Shown here: piece by piece, positions 26,940-38,900 of the stretch
Position numbering within the stretch: the first letter of the stretch is position 1
How the letters are laid out: every line of letters begins with the position of its first letter
Assembly (NCBI RefSeq): GCF_001194135.2
Contig: NC_068986.1
Coordinates: 71,291,131-71,339,790 of the forward strand
From: Octopus bimaculoides
Taxonomy: Eukaryota
DNA: 48,660 nt
Direction: 5' to 3'
Made by a program: the position numbers and the translations under genes
Notes under the pieces: model-generated
What the model saw: the letters and a program-made list of their open reading frames with translations, nothing else
Told to the model about the DNA's origin: nothing
Databases searched by the model: none

Positions 26940-29224
26940 TATATTTGAAACACTAAATTTATTACTTTTACCACTGACTCATTCACAATGCTTTTTAAGT
27001 GGATAAACTATTGCAATTTACGCCTTCTGAGCAAATGCTTAATAAATAATCTTATTTTAAAAATATTTTATTTCATATTGTACAACGTTTATATTTATTC
27101 AGATGACTTCTCCATAACGTGTCTAGTCAAGGTTCTGTCTTCATCATTATGATATAGCCTTTTCTGGCTCATTTCAAGGAGACCTGACATCTATCAAAGC
27201 TCTCACATTCGTGGATATGTGTTTATATGCTAGTAATATTTGTGATTACAAACAGGAATATTTTATTATAATTTTACTACAATATTAATGTAACATTTCA
27301 ACGAAATGTGTTAGTCAAACCTTCTGCATCCATAAACAAAGTGGAAAAGTATAAATTTCTGTGAATTATTTTTATTTACGATAAGAAATTTTTTCTTGGC
27401 TTATTACTTTTGCAATTATAAATTTACAAATATTTAAGTGGAAAATAATATACTTATCTTACGGAGAGTAGAATTGACTCAACGATAAATAGTTTCCTGT
27501 GGTGGAAGAAAATTGCATCCAATAAACCGAAGAAGTTTACCTGCCGAATTAACTGGTTTACTACCGAAGGTTTCAGCAATTCTGTTGTTCTTTCATTGTC
27601 TCTGTTTTTAACTTTTCCTTTCATCCTATAATCTAATGTTGTATTCGAAAGTGAAATATTCAGGACGACTTTTTCGGGTGGTGTACGAGGAAAAAATAAA
27701 CTTCGACTAAGATTAAAATCTTATTTTTCCTCGGTTGCATTTGCAAATTCGATGATTAAAATCAGTGAGTTCACTGCCTTTTATTTCGTTTCACCAGATA
27801 AAGTGGACAGAAGAGAACTACGGCTCTTATAGATTAATTTCTTAAATATACCCAAGGTCCGCGATTTATACGAAGAAGAAATAATGATGTGTAATTTGTT
27901 ACATATTCACGAGGTTATCTGATTATACAGATGCAATAAGAATGTGAGATATTTATTACATGTGCAAAAAGTTTCAGTAAGACTGAAATGCAAAGTACAA
28001 GCGAAAGTCGAATTAAAGATGTTGCTCAACATAAAAGATGGAAATTCCTTTTAATAAATGATATAAAGTGCCAAGGAAAATGGAGGGAGAAAGCTAAAGA
28101 AAAGAATAAAAAGAATGAAAGAAGTGACGAATCAGTAAATAAAGTGGAAGAGTAATTTATACATAGTCGTGTTTCATTAGCATCTTAGATTCCATAACAT
28201 TATCTAGACCAAAGATAGGCAGCTTCATGAGTTTCTAAGGAAGTTTATAAAAGTGCAAACAGTTGTAAGGTTTTAGTACTTCTTATGCAGCAATGAATAC
28301 CTCAATAGTGAGTGGAAATATGTTTCTTTCGACTATGTAACTACTTATCGATCGGAAAGAGGACAAACCGACGATTTCCTTATAGATTTACCTGCATAAT
28401 ACATTAAAATATCAATTCTTTACAAATAGTTAATGGAATACGAATAAGATATTCTATATACTGGTCGATACAGCAATCTCGTTTTACCCGACAGACATTG
28501 TAGCCTTAGATATTCGGCAGAACTGAACTCTAGTGTCATAAATGCCACATAAAACAAATTCTCATCTTTATTTATTCCATTTACAAATTTTCAGATAATA
28601 CTTATAGATTTCCTCGTTTGATCACAAATAGCACTTTAAAAGCTTGCTATTACTGATGACTATGGATATAGGAGATATTTTCTAGTGGTTAGAATTTTTC
28701 ATATACCTTAGCTGCGTTAATTTCAATTATTTCCCAAATTACCATTTAATAGTCAATACACACACACACACGTGTGTGTGGCGCAGTGTAGGTGTATTTA
28801 CATAGATACACACACACGCACACACACATGCACACACACACGCACATACACGCGCGCGCACAACAAACACACAAGCACACCCACATACCCGCCCACNNNN
28901 NNNNNNCGTTAATTTCAATTATTTCCCAAATTACCATTTAATAGTCAATACACACACACACACGTGTGTGTGGCGCAGTGTAGGTGTATTTACATAGATA
29001 CACACACACGCACACACACATATGCAGGAGAATTCCAGAAGTTTTGAAACTTTTTCTATGAGACAGATTTAACTGTCCTAAACTATTGTAATTTTAGCAT
29101 ATCATTAATATACAACTAGTAAGATGACCTGCTAACTTTTTTATTCCAGATTGGAGGAAATCTCTATAGCAGCACTTTGAACACACCCTACTAAACACTG
29201 CTTGTTATAGGTTGCTAGTTAGTA

Positions 29225-29510
29225 CAGGTCAATGAAAATAATTTGGAAGCACGCTATACGTTAAAGTTTTGTGTCAAATTAGGCAAAACTGTTACAGAAC
29301 TTATGAAATGATGAATACTGCCTATGGTTCAAATTGTATGAGCCAAACATTTCTTTTTTGCTGGCACGAGGGTTCAAGGACGGTAGAGATGGGGTGAGAA
29401 GTGATGAGAGGTGTGAAAGGGAGAGAGACGTAAGAACATCATAGCTAGCTGAGAAAATTCGCTATTTTCTGAATGAAGACCGTCATGTGTCTATAAAGAC
29501 AATAAGCCCG
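29225..29510 (+). mobile_element. Mariner transposase N-terminal relic 1
   Basis: Frameshifted ENNLEARYTLKFCVKLGKTVTE..EMMNTAYG...FKDGRDGVRSDER...FLNEDRHVSIKTI. Confidence 0.7.
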
Positions 29511-29644
29511 TTGTAGTTCAAGCTTCTGCCGTTAGAAGCCACTTGATGCGATCCTCAGGCATCAGTCTGCCGACCGGCGTCGCCGGGTCATGATGTACTG
29601 CGAGGTGGTGCATCTTTGGTTTGCAGTGCTTCTGTCCTGTTGAT

Positions 29645-29840
29645 CAATTTTTGCGATGGTTAAAACGACAGCCGGAACAGATCTCATGCTTCAAACAGCT
29701 TACAATGACGCTGCCATGAGTAAAACATATGTTTACAAGTGGTTTTCACGCTTTAGGAATGGTCACTTGTTGCCTGAAGACCACCCTCGTTCAGGGCCAT
29801 CGTCGACTTTCTGAACGAATGAAAACATCACGAAAATTAT
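29645..29840 (+). mobile_element. Mariner transposase N-terminal relic 2
   Basis: MLQTAYNDAAMSKTYVYKWFSRFRNGHLLPEDHPRSGPSST..NENITKI (HTH region plus a PRSGRP-like linker). Confidence 0.78.
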
Positions 29841-30149
29841 TCTTAAATGTCTACACACATATTTTATAACTGTTATATTAGTTTTTAAAAAATTTTATTT
29901 ATTTTTTTGACACTCACACTTACAAATATAAATATGTATTGATTCAGTCTGTTTTACGATTTCAAACTTCACATATGTGATTTTTGTCCAGTTTACCCTG
30001 ATGAGCTTCTATAAATATTTAGTTTTGAGTATGAATTGAAACAACTGTAGGGATTATATTTATTTTATATTAAAATAATGATATTACATTATGTTAATAG
30101 ATTAACATATGTCAGTTTAAACTTTCCATTTTCCTCTTATTATTGTATA

Positions 30150-31211
30150 CTATCAGACGTCCCGGCGTTGCCGGCATAACTCTCAATGGAGTAGTCGTAC
30201 AAATGAACCGAAACACTTCCGTCAAACACGACTATAGAAGTAACAATTTACAGGCGTTGGCTCTAAAGAGGGCCTTTGAATATTCACAATGAAATATCTC
30301 TGTGGCGGTGCTGCCAGCAATGATGAATCCGTTGGTAACAATTTAATCTTGCTGACCCTGAAGAGAGCCTTGGATCGTTCAATCTTAAAATTCTCAGCGG
30401 CGGTGCTGCCAGCTAAGACGAATCCAGTGATAACAATTTGCAGTTGGTGGCCCTGAAGATGACCTTTTAGCATTCACATTGAATTATCTCAGCAGCGGTG
30501 TTGCCAGCAAAGATGAATCCGATGGTAACGATTTAAACTTGGTGGTCCTCAAGAGGACCTTGGATCGTTCACTCTTAACTTAAAAGTCCCAGCAGTAGAG
30601 CTGTCAGTAAAGACGACTCCGATTAGAAGTGGTGACCCTTAAGAAGTCCTTCACACTACTTTGGTGTGTCGTATTTGCATTGCTTGTTATTTTAGATTGT
30701 AACCTAGTAAATCATGTAAAAGTCGGTGACAACAAAAACGGCCTTGACAAGATCACGCTGGAATGTCAACAAAATATGTAAATAAGATGTTGGGAAAAGT
30801 AGATTAATTAAGTTAAAACTATGGAACTTCGATAACAAAGCGCGTTAGCAACATATTAATGCGGAAAACGGAGACATTGAACATTTATAACCTCAGAGAT
30901 GTACATGGTATTGTCAAAAGGACAGAAATAGCACACGGATACAGCAAAATTAAATGAATAAATAAGTAAACAGCGATTACTTGTTGGCGCCAGGGCGCCT
31001 ACGAAACTTCCTTGTAGACTATATTTTGGGATTTCCTTGTAGACTATATTTTGGGATTTCTGACCATAGGAGAAGCACGGTTCTTTTGAATTAAGCCCTT
31101 CGATCGTCAGCGTCTGAGCCTGTGATTTGTTACTCAACATGGCGATACTGAGCCGGAGAGGGTATTAAACAGTTAACCAGCGAAAATTGGATGTTTTATA
31201 TCCCTATAAGA
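30150..31211 (-). mobile_element. Non-autonomous Helitron with Pif1-helicase C-terminal relic and internal tandem array
   Basis: Minus 5' TCTTATAGGGATATAAAA; relic AMLSNKSQAQTLTIEGLNSKEPCFSYGQ/KSQNIVYKEI; 3' hairpin CCGGC-AAC-GCCGG (30162-30174) about 10 nt before ATAG|T (degenerate CTAG|T). Confidence 0.78.
30245..30660. repeat. ~95-bp tandem repeat, about 4.5 units, with a ~190-bp dimeric pattern
   Basis: Anchors gcggtgctgccagc-like at about 30300, 30395, 30490 and 30590; alternating unit ends. Confidence 0.85.
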
Positions 31212-31227
31212 GGAGCTTGTTTCCTTG

Positions 31228-31233
31228 TACTGG

Positions 31234-31303
<70 letters not shown>
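31228..31303. repeat. (CA)n microsatellite
   Basis: Direct observation. Confidence 0.95.
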
Positions 31304-31308
<5 letters not shown>

Positions 31309-31819
31309 TACGAGGAGATAGAGAGAGGAAATGGTGAAGAAAGAAGACATAGAAAAAAGAAACGAAGACAGTCTTACGAAGGCAGAGACATTTTGAATTT
31401 ATGTGTTTCGAATTTGCATTTCCTTATAACAACAATTCACGAAAATAATAACAACAAAAACGGCTTCACACAAAATGCTCTTTTTCAGATATGTTAAATA
31501 TACATCTTCGCTGCAATATAAAACTAAATTAAGTAGCAAAGCCCTAGAAGTAGACAGCCAAAATTGTCGAAAACAACATATAAATAATTCAGAATTATAA
31601 CCGAATTCTTAATTATGAAAATCATTTTACTAAACATAATTGAAGTCGAATGACCTTTTAACACGTGCCATTGTCTAAGTAACTGTAAACGCTTTTGAAA
31701 ATTCTTCTCGCAGCAATCTACTATTGACTATCTTATTATGTCTATTACTGAAATAATAAATAATTCAGATAACTTAAATGAGTTTTTAGAAGCTGTAACA
31801 GAATTCTCTTTAAGAAATT

Positions 31820-32480
31820 TGCTACGTAACCATATGGTTCCGGATTCAGTCCCACTGCGTGGCACCTTAGGGACATGTCTTCAGCTAAAGCTCCGGGTTG
31901 AACACAGCCTAGTGTGCGGATTTGGTAGACTCAAAGAAGTTCATTACATACGTGTGTGTTTGTGTTTGTGTATGTGTGTGTGTACTAATGTGTGCGTTTG
32001 CATTCGTGTGTGTGTCTGTATGTGTGCGTATTTCTGTGTGTGTGTGTGCTTTTGTGTTTGTGTTTGTCCCCCAGTTTAGCTTGGCAACCGGACAAGAAAC
32101 CAACAGAATAAGTGTCAGTCTTAGAAATATATACTAAAGTAAAGGTATAATTACCTTCTTGAGCCATGCCGACAAACACGGGCAGGCTTACCGGTTTATT
32201 GGCGTATAAATTCCATCCGTCGCTGGATTACTCAATTTTGCCAGCTGAGTGGACTGGAGCGACGTGAAATGAAGTGTTTTGCTCAGGAACACAACCCGTC
32301 GCCCAGTTCAGGAATCGAAACGATAATCTTACGATCATGAGTCTAACACCCTAACCACTAAGCCACGTGCCTCTATTAGAAATAAGTACTGGTATCTTTT
32401 AGTTCGAATAAAACCCTTGAAGGAGATGCCCAAATATGGATGCAGTCTAATTACTGAAACAAGCAAAAGATAAAGATAAT
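31820..32480 (+). mobile_element. SINE family 3 interrupted by an inverted family 2 copy
   Basis: Core at 31820-31950, TG linker, tail start at about 32050-32120, tail resumes at 32373-32480 (aataagtactgg...actgaaacaagcaaaagat). Confidence 0.7.
32150..32372 (-). mobile_element. SINE family 2
   Basis: Reverse complement: aggcacgtggcttagtggttagggtgttagactcatgatcgtaag...gtttcgattcctg...ttgtgttcctgagcaaaacacttcatttcacgtcgctccagtccactcagctggcaaaa. Confidence 0.85.
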
Positions 32481-32615
32481 GAGAATTCTTACGGTCATGA
32501 GGAACTAAATACTCGAGTTCGTTATTTAAAGACGTTAGTCAAATGTAGAAACGAAAATCGAACCGGGTTCTTGCTGGTTGTGAAGTTAACTCATCTCGTA
32601 GGAGCTTAAAGATAA

Positions 32616-33410
32616 CACTAGTTTGCAAAAACTGTTCTTGCTCTGAGGCAAGGATGTGAATAGGTGTTTTTTTTTTACTAATTTTGATGTGGTAGATTCG
32701 ATTTTCTGAACAGTTTTGCTCTACCACCTCTAGTATTTTGCTGTCACATATCCCATTTTAATTAAATTTCATATAAATTCAAAATATAATGTGTTTATTC
32801 AATCTGCTACAAAGGCATATTACTAAAAAAAAAAAAAACCCAGCAAAGGTACAGAACATTGATGGAACTAAATTACAATATACATAACTCATAGTACAGC
32901 AGACAGTTAGAAGTGGGATTTTTGGACAATCTTGTGTACTTTGCCTCAGGGATGTCAGGCAAGAGCATCAGGCAAAAGTTCCCCATCATACTGGAGTTCC
33001 ACTTCCCTTGGTAGTTGCTCTCCATCTTAATAATATGTTGGTGGAAACTTTCTCCATGCTCATCACTCACTGCTCCGAGCTTCGGAGGGAAGAAGTTGAA
33101 GTGGGAGTGGAGAGAGTGAATCTTAAGTGACATTCGGCATCCCTTATCCTCATAAGATTGTAACAACTCGATACACTCTTGGTAATCTAATATTCGTGTG
33201 TTACCAAGGAAGCCATGGCAGAATGCTTCCCATGCTCTCAGTTCCTTTAAGATGAGAAGCTCCTCAAAGTTCTTATACTTCGGTACCTCTCGGATCTGAG
33301 GTCCGACGAGGATGCTTAGCAGAACTCAGAGTTGGGGAGAGATTGCCACAAGTGTTGGAAGGCAGCTCCATTTTTGTTCATGGACGCATAACAGATGAAG
33401 ATAGGGCTAA
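32616..33410 (-). mobile_element. DDE DNA-transposon 3' relic, Chapaev3-like transposase C-terminus
   Basis: GCRMSLKIHSLHSHFNFFPPKLGAVSDEHGESFHQHIIKMESNYQGKWNSSMMGNFC; upstream VGPQIREV..ELRAWEAF..GFLGN; candidate terminus CACTAG at 32616. The family name is from recall. Confidence 0.7.
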
Positions 33411-34536
33411 GGAACAATAATAGTAGACATACACGCAAGCACACATATACACTTACACAGGTACGGTGTCTTCTCTGTGTTTTCGTAACAGTTTTGTTTT
33501 CCTCGGAACCGGAAAGCTAAATAACGCATCCTTCTAAAGAAATCTGTTGTCACCAAAGGCAGTTTGAATTGTTTGCCTCTACTCATTTCTGATGGAATTC
33601 ATACATATACATGCTCTACGCTAAATGCTTATCGCAATCCTTCTCTAGACTTGCAGACCTGCAAACCTGCAAACCTGTAGTTCTCTTTAGTTTTCGAGAT
33701 GGACATCAACTACGGTAATTTCACGAGTAAGATGTACATTTTCAATAGTTATTTATTGTTTCATCACTGTCTCGGAAAAGATAGTGAATATTAAATTTCA
33801 CTGATAAGATCAGAATAATACTAAAATATGTCAGAACTTGAGTTACGTGAATAATGAAAGTAAAATATATTAGTGATTGACCAATATCACTATCTTTTCA
33901 CCGCATATTTACCTTTATTTAACTTCAGTGTCGGGGTTATTGATACAGCGTAACAAAAATGAGGGTTCATTTATCCTGTATCTCTGAATATCCATAAGCC
34001 CATTTAGTACGGGTCTTCTATATATACACACACATGCACGCATAAATAATATATGATATAGTAGTATCAAAAGAAAACAAAGATCTTTCGGAAAAATTTA
34101 ATATTATATATAAAGTATTCCTGAAAAAATGCTTCAAATTCACGTCACATTTTAAATGGGTTCGCCATATTGCTTACTATTATTTATTTATTGATTACCA
34201 GTTAGAACGTTATAATTATAGCCGACTCAGTGTCGATAACCATCAATGGCAACTCTGCTTCGATTAATAAATTGGTGTTACAATAATATATATCCGTGTA
34301 AAATCCTTCTTAAACATACTTAAGAAAATTGGAATCTTGTCAGGTGTATACTTGAGAGGCAATAATCCAGTGTAAAAGCTCATTCCTTCAGGTAATCTTA
34401 GAATCATGAACATTCTTTCGGTTTTGATGTATAAATCTTTTCAGTAAATTACCTAATTTGGTTTTTCCTCTCCAAAAAGAAAAATGAAGAACACAAAAAT
34501 GTTCCAGTTCTTCTTTGTTATTGTATAAAGATAAGA

Positions 34537-34752
34537 AGGTGGCGAGGTGACAAACGTTAGCACGCTGGACATAATGTTTGGAGGCATTCCTTCCGAGTTT
34601 ACCTTCTCAGCTCAAATCCTGCCGAAGTTGACTTTGTTTTTCATCCTTTCGGAGTCGATAAAATTAAGTTCCAGTTGAGCATCTGAGTCAATGCAGTCAA
34701 CTAGCCGCCTCCTCCAAAATTTCAGGCCTTGTACCTGTAGTAGAAAGAATTT
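34537..34752 (+). mobile_element. SINE family 1
   Basis: aaggtggcgaggtgacaaacgttagcacgctgg...tttcatcctttcggagtcgataaaattaagttccagtt...ttcaggccttgtacctgtagtagaaag. Confidence 0.85.
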
Positions 34753-37700
34753 TTTGAGGACTATTTCTATCTTCCTCGCTGGTTTGAATAATATTTGCTA
34801 TTTTCTCGAATTGAATTTGCAGAGATTGAAACGCACTGTTATCTCTCATTTTGGTTGAGGAATTTTTATTGGAAATGGAGAATACTGATAAATATTTTTC
34901 TTCATAATTATCTTGAAATGTCTAGCACTTTCTAGACACATGAACTTGGCATCTCATTATTTTGTTAGCAAAGACAAAAATTTAATATAGATGGTGCTGA
35001 TTAGTTTAATTACAAGTATTTACATGTTCTAGATCTAACACCAACGATGTGCAAGAATCAAAACTTGATTATAAATCTATAATGGATATTATGCCACAAA
35101 AAGAATAAAATTAAAAAACTAGGTAACTTCAAGTAAAAATATATATATATATATTAAGAGGCAGTTGACGTTATAGTTGTGAGATCAAATTCAAATTGAA
35201 GCTATATACGGCATATAGCAAAGAAACGATGGTAACCAAATGTTGCAAATAATACTTCTTTATCAATATAGTTTAAGTGATAGCAATAAAAAGAATTAAA
35301 ATTACATGAACACAAGTAAAAACAAAGCGAAAAAATCCTTAGGACTCGTTGCATAGAGTAGCAGATAGATAAAATATACATTCAGTATGAAATACTACAT
35401 TTAGAAAGTTACGCTAAAATGAATAAATGCAGGCTAGCTGCTCAAGATCACAAACAGCATAGGAAAAAAAAAACCCCAGTCAATCTCTTAAAGCAGTTCG
35501 TGTGACTTTTTATTATTTTCGTTACAGAAGAAAATGCATACTACCAGAAATAATCCCGATAATAGAAGCTAATACACGTGCGTGCACACGTACAGATAAA
35601 TAATTGCGTGCGTGTTCGTATGCATCTTTTGTAGTAGAATTGAATAACTCAATCGATATGAATGATCAAATCATTTAATGAAATATATAATTGACTGAGC
35701 AGATTTTTAGTTTTATCTTCTAAGTTCTGGAATTCTGAGATTGTGACAAACTACATATGATCTTCGAAGGTTGTTTTTATGTTGAAGACATTCAGTCAAA
35801 CCATATACTACAAAAATCAATTCTATGAGCAAAAGATACACTTGCACATAGACGTCATATACACTTACAAATACACCTATTTCAGTTAAGATAACATATA
35901 TAGAGAAATCTTTGGTGTTGAAGACTTTGTAGGCTAATATTAATCTAGAGACAAATATTAGAAGAATTATAAATATATTCGATCACAATGGTTCCAGTTT
36001 ATATCTGTTGTTTTCCTTTTACTCCTGCTCTGGAAATGTGGACTCTGTATACTACAGAAAGAATTGAACGTAGCACAAGATAAGATAATGAAACGCTAAT
36101 CTATTCAGCTATGCTATTGTTATTTCATACCGTTTTACAGTTAGGTGGTCCATTTTTTGATTGTTAACTATTTTAAATTGATATATGACAAATAATAAAG
36201 TTTGGCAAAAATATTAAAATCGTGGTGAATTTTAATATTAATCATTCAGGTTATCGAGTATTCTATTGATTCTGTCGCCCCAACTTCATGTTTTTTTTCT
36301 CTTTACTGTTTTTCGCTGACATTTAAGATGTTGATCTAGGCCTAACAAAGTATCTAAAATGTTTCTTTCTGTGTCAACCACGAAGCATATATTGGATATA
36401 CAATGTAAAGAAGACAGTGTGAGAAAAGATAATTGATTAATTGCTATCCGAAAAATAAATTACTTGAAAACTAAAGTGAGCTTAGAATACATAAATGTGT
36501 TGTGGCTTTAACGAATTAATAATTTTGTTGAAGTTCATTATTCGTTATATTCTGAGTATTGTTTCTCATGGTACACTTGTCACAGCCATTGTCATAACTG
36601 TTATATCACAATTTATAGTAGCAGAAACTGAATGAATAAACAAATTTCATTACTTTTCATTACTTGAGACTAAATAAAGAACATTATTCATCATTTCATT
36701 GGTTTAGTTATGGAAAAGTACTATGTTTACGGAAATAGAGTTTTGCTGCTGAATTTAAAATCGTTTATTTGTTTTAACCATTCGACTATGACATTGCTAA
36801 AGTACCGCCTTCTAGGTTTCAGCTGATTACATCTAGCGCACTGCTTAGATTATCGACATTGACAAAGCCGGATGGACCTAGATGGAATTTGAACCATAAA
36901 ACAGAGAAAATGTCATTAGATATTGTGTTCAAAGATTGTGTCATCCAACCGCCATAAAATACTCTTATTTCCCATGTTCATGGAATCACATACGTTATAA
37001 ATCAACAATATAGTTTTTAGCTTTATATATCTTCTATGATGTGCTATTAAGAATAAAATGAAGTAATATTCGGTAAGAAAAATTAATAGTTAATAATGAA
37101 TGTAATGTAAAATAATTCTATCATTATTTAAATGGTATAAAATAAATCTGATACAAGATTGAAAAACTATACATAAACAAAATATCTGCAAGAAAAAGAA
37201 TCAGAGCAATAAAAAAAATCGGGTAAATGTTTAAATTTCTTAACCGAAGCTGTAACTTGATAAACTGATGTAAATTCTCTCTACTAATAAAGGGGGAAAA
37301 TAATTAAACACAGCCATAAAAACTGAAGATAAAGCGGTTAGGGTCTCTAGTTTACCTTTAATCCTTTCCGATTTGTTCCATACATACACTACTTATTCAG
37401 TCAAATTTCTATAGCCTTCAAGCTACCTTATAAATTAATGAATAAGCCTCAGTTTACTTTAATTTACTTAGTAATCATATACTTCGATGTTCAAAATCAG
37501 TTCGGGGTAACATTAATTGTCACTCATCGTTTGATAGAATAAATACCTGTAATACACTAGACATATCAACATTCCTCAAACGAAGAATAAGCATTATACA
37601 CACGAGAAATTCTGAAGCATCGTTGAATTTCAAGAAAGGCTTAAAAAGAAAAACATGTGAAAATTATTTACGTGAGAAGAAAATATATATATGAAAAAGA

Positions 37701-38329
37701 AACTCATTCTCAAATATTTCCAAATGTCTTAATTTTGCTGTCATTTTGTTCTTAATATGCTTGTTAACTTGTAAAAACATCGAAATGATGCAGCAAGGAG
37801 GCTATAATAAAGCAAGCAGATCACATTAACAAACTCCATCATCACACGACACCTACATATCCAGTTATAGCAGTTACAGGCAAATATGGCACAATGGAGT
37901 AAAGTAGCAGAAGAATATCGGAGAACTAGACAAATGAATGACATTGAATGTAAAGGAATGTTTATGAAATAAGAAAGTAGTTAATATTTGCAACTACCAT
38001 TGTGTATGGTGGTATTAAAGGCAGGCACACTGATACAGTTGTGTTTTTCTGCAGTTTATAGATTGCCACACACATATAAATAAACTCATACACATTGATA
38101 CGCGACATGCACACCTGCAACTGCCACAAACACTGCTACTACTACATCTTAGCGCACTTACAAGAATGGAGAAACTATGATAAAGAAATAATTCATTAAC
38201 AATATGGCAGAGTTGATTTCTTTATAAGTAGTGAAACAGGCAGAGCTATTTAAAAGAATGTTTATCTTTGAGAGTGGGCGGTTATTCGTGTATATATTGC
38301 ATGTATGTATCTATTGCACGCATGCATGC

Positions 38330-38380
38330 CTGCATGTATGTCTGCATGCATACATGTATGTATGTATGTATGTATGTCTA

Positions 38381-38444
<64 letters not shown>

Positions 38445-38450
38445 CCTATC
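38330..38450. repeat. Compound (TGTA)n(TCTG)n(TC)n microsatellite
   Basis: Direct observation. Confidence 0.9.
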
Positions 38451-38579
38451 TATTGTATATATATCGATATATCGAACTGTTTATATTAGTGTATCTATTA
38501 AACAATAGATTAAATAGCTCCTTCTAAAGTAGCAAACTTGTCTAAAATTTATATACGTACATTTTTTATTTATTCATTT

Positions 38580-38870
<291 letters not shown>

Positions 38871-38900
38871 TTGTTGGTGTCATTTCTGCTGATTGCTATT

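Noticed and set aside
28715-29021. ~115-bp direct duplication flanking a 10-N gap (28897-28906)
   Set aside because: Near-identical copies on either side of a minimal placeholder gap are typical of unmerged overlapping contig ends.
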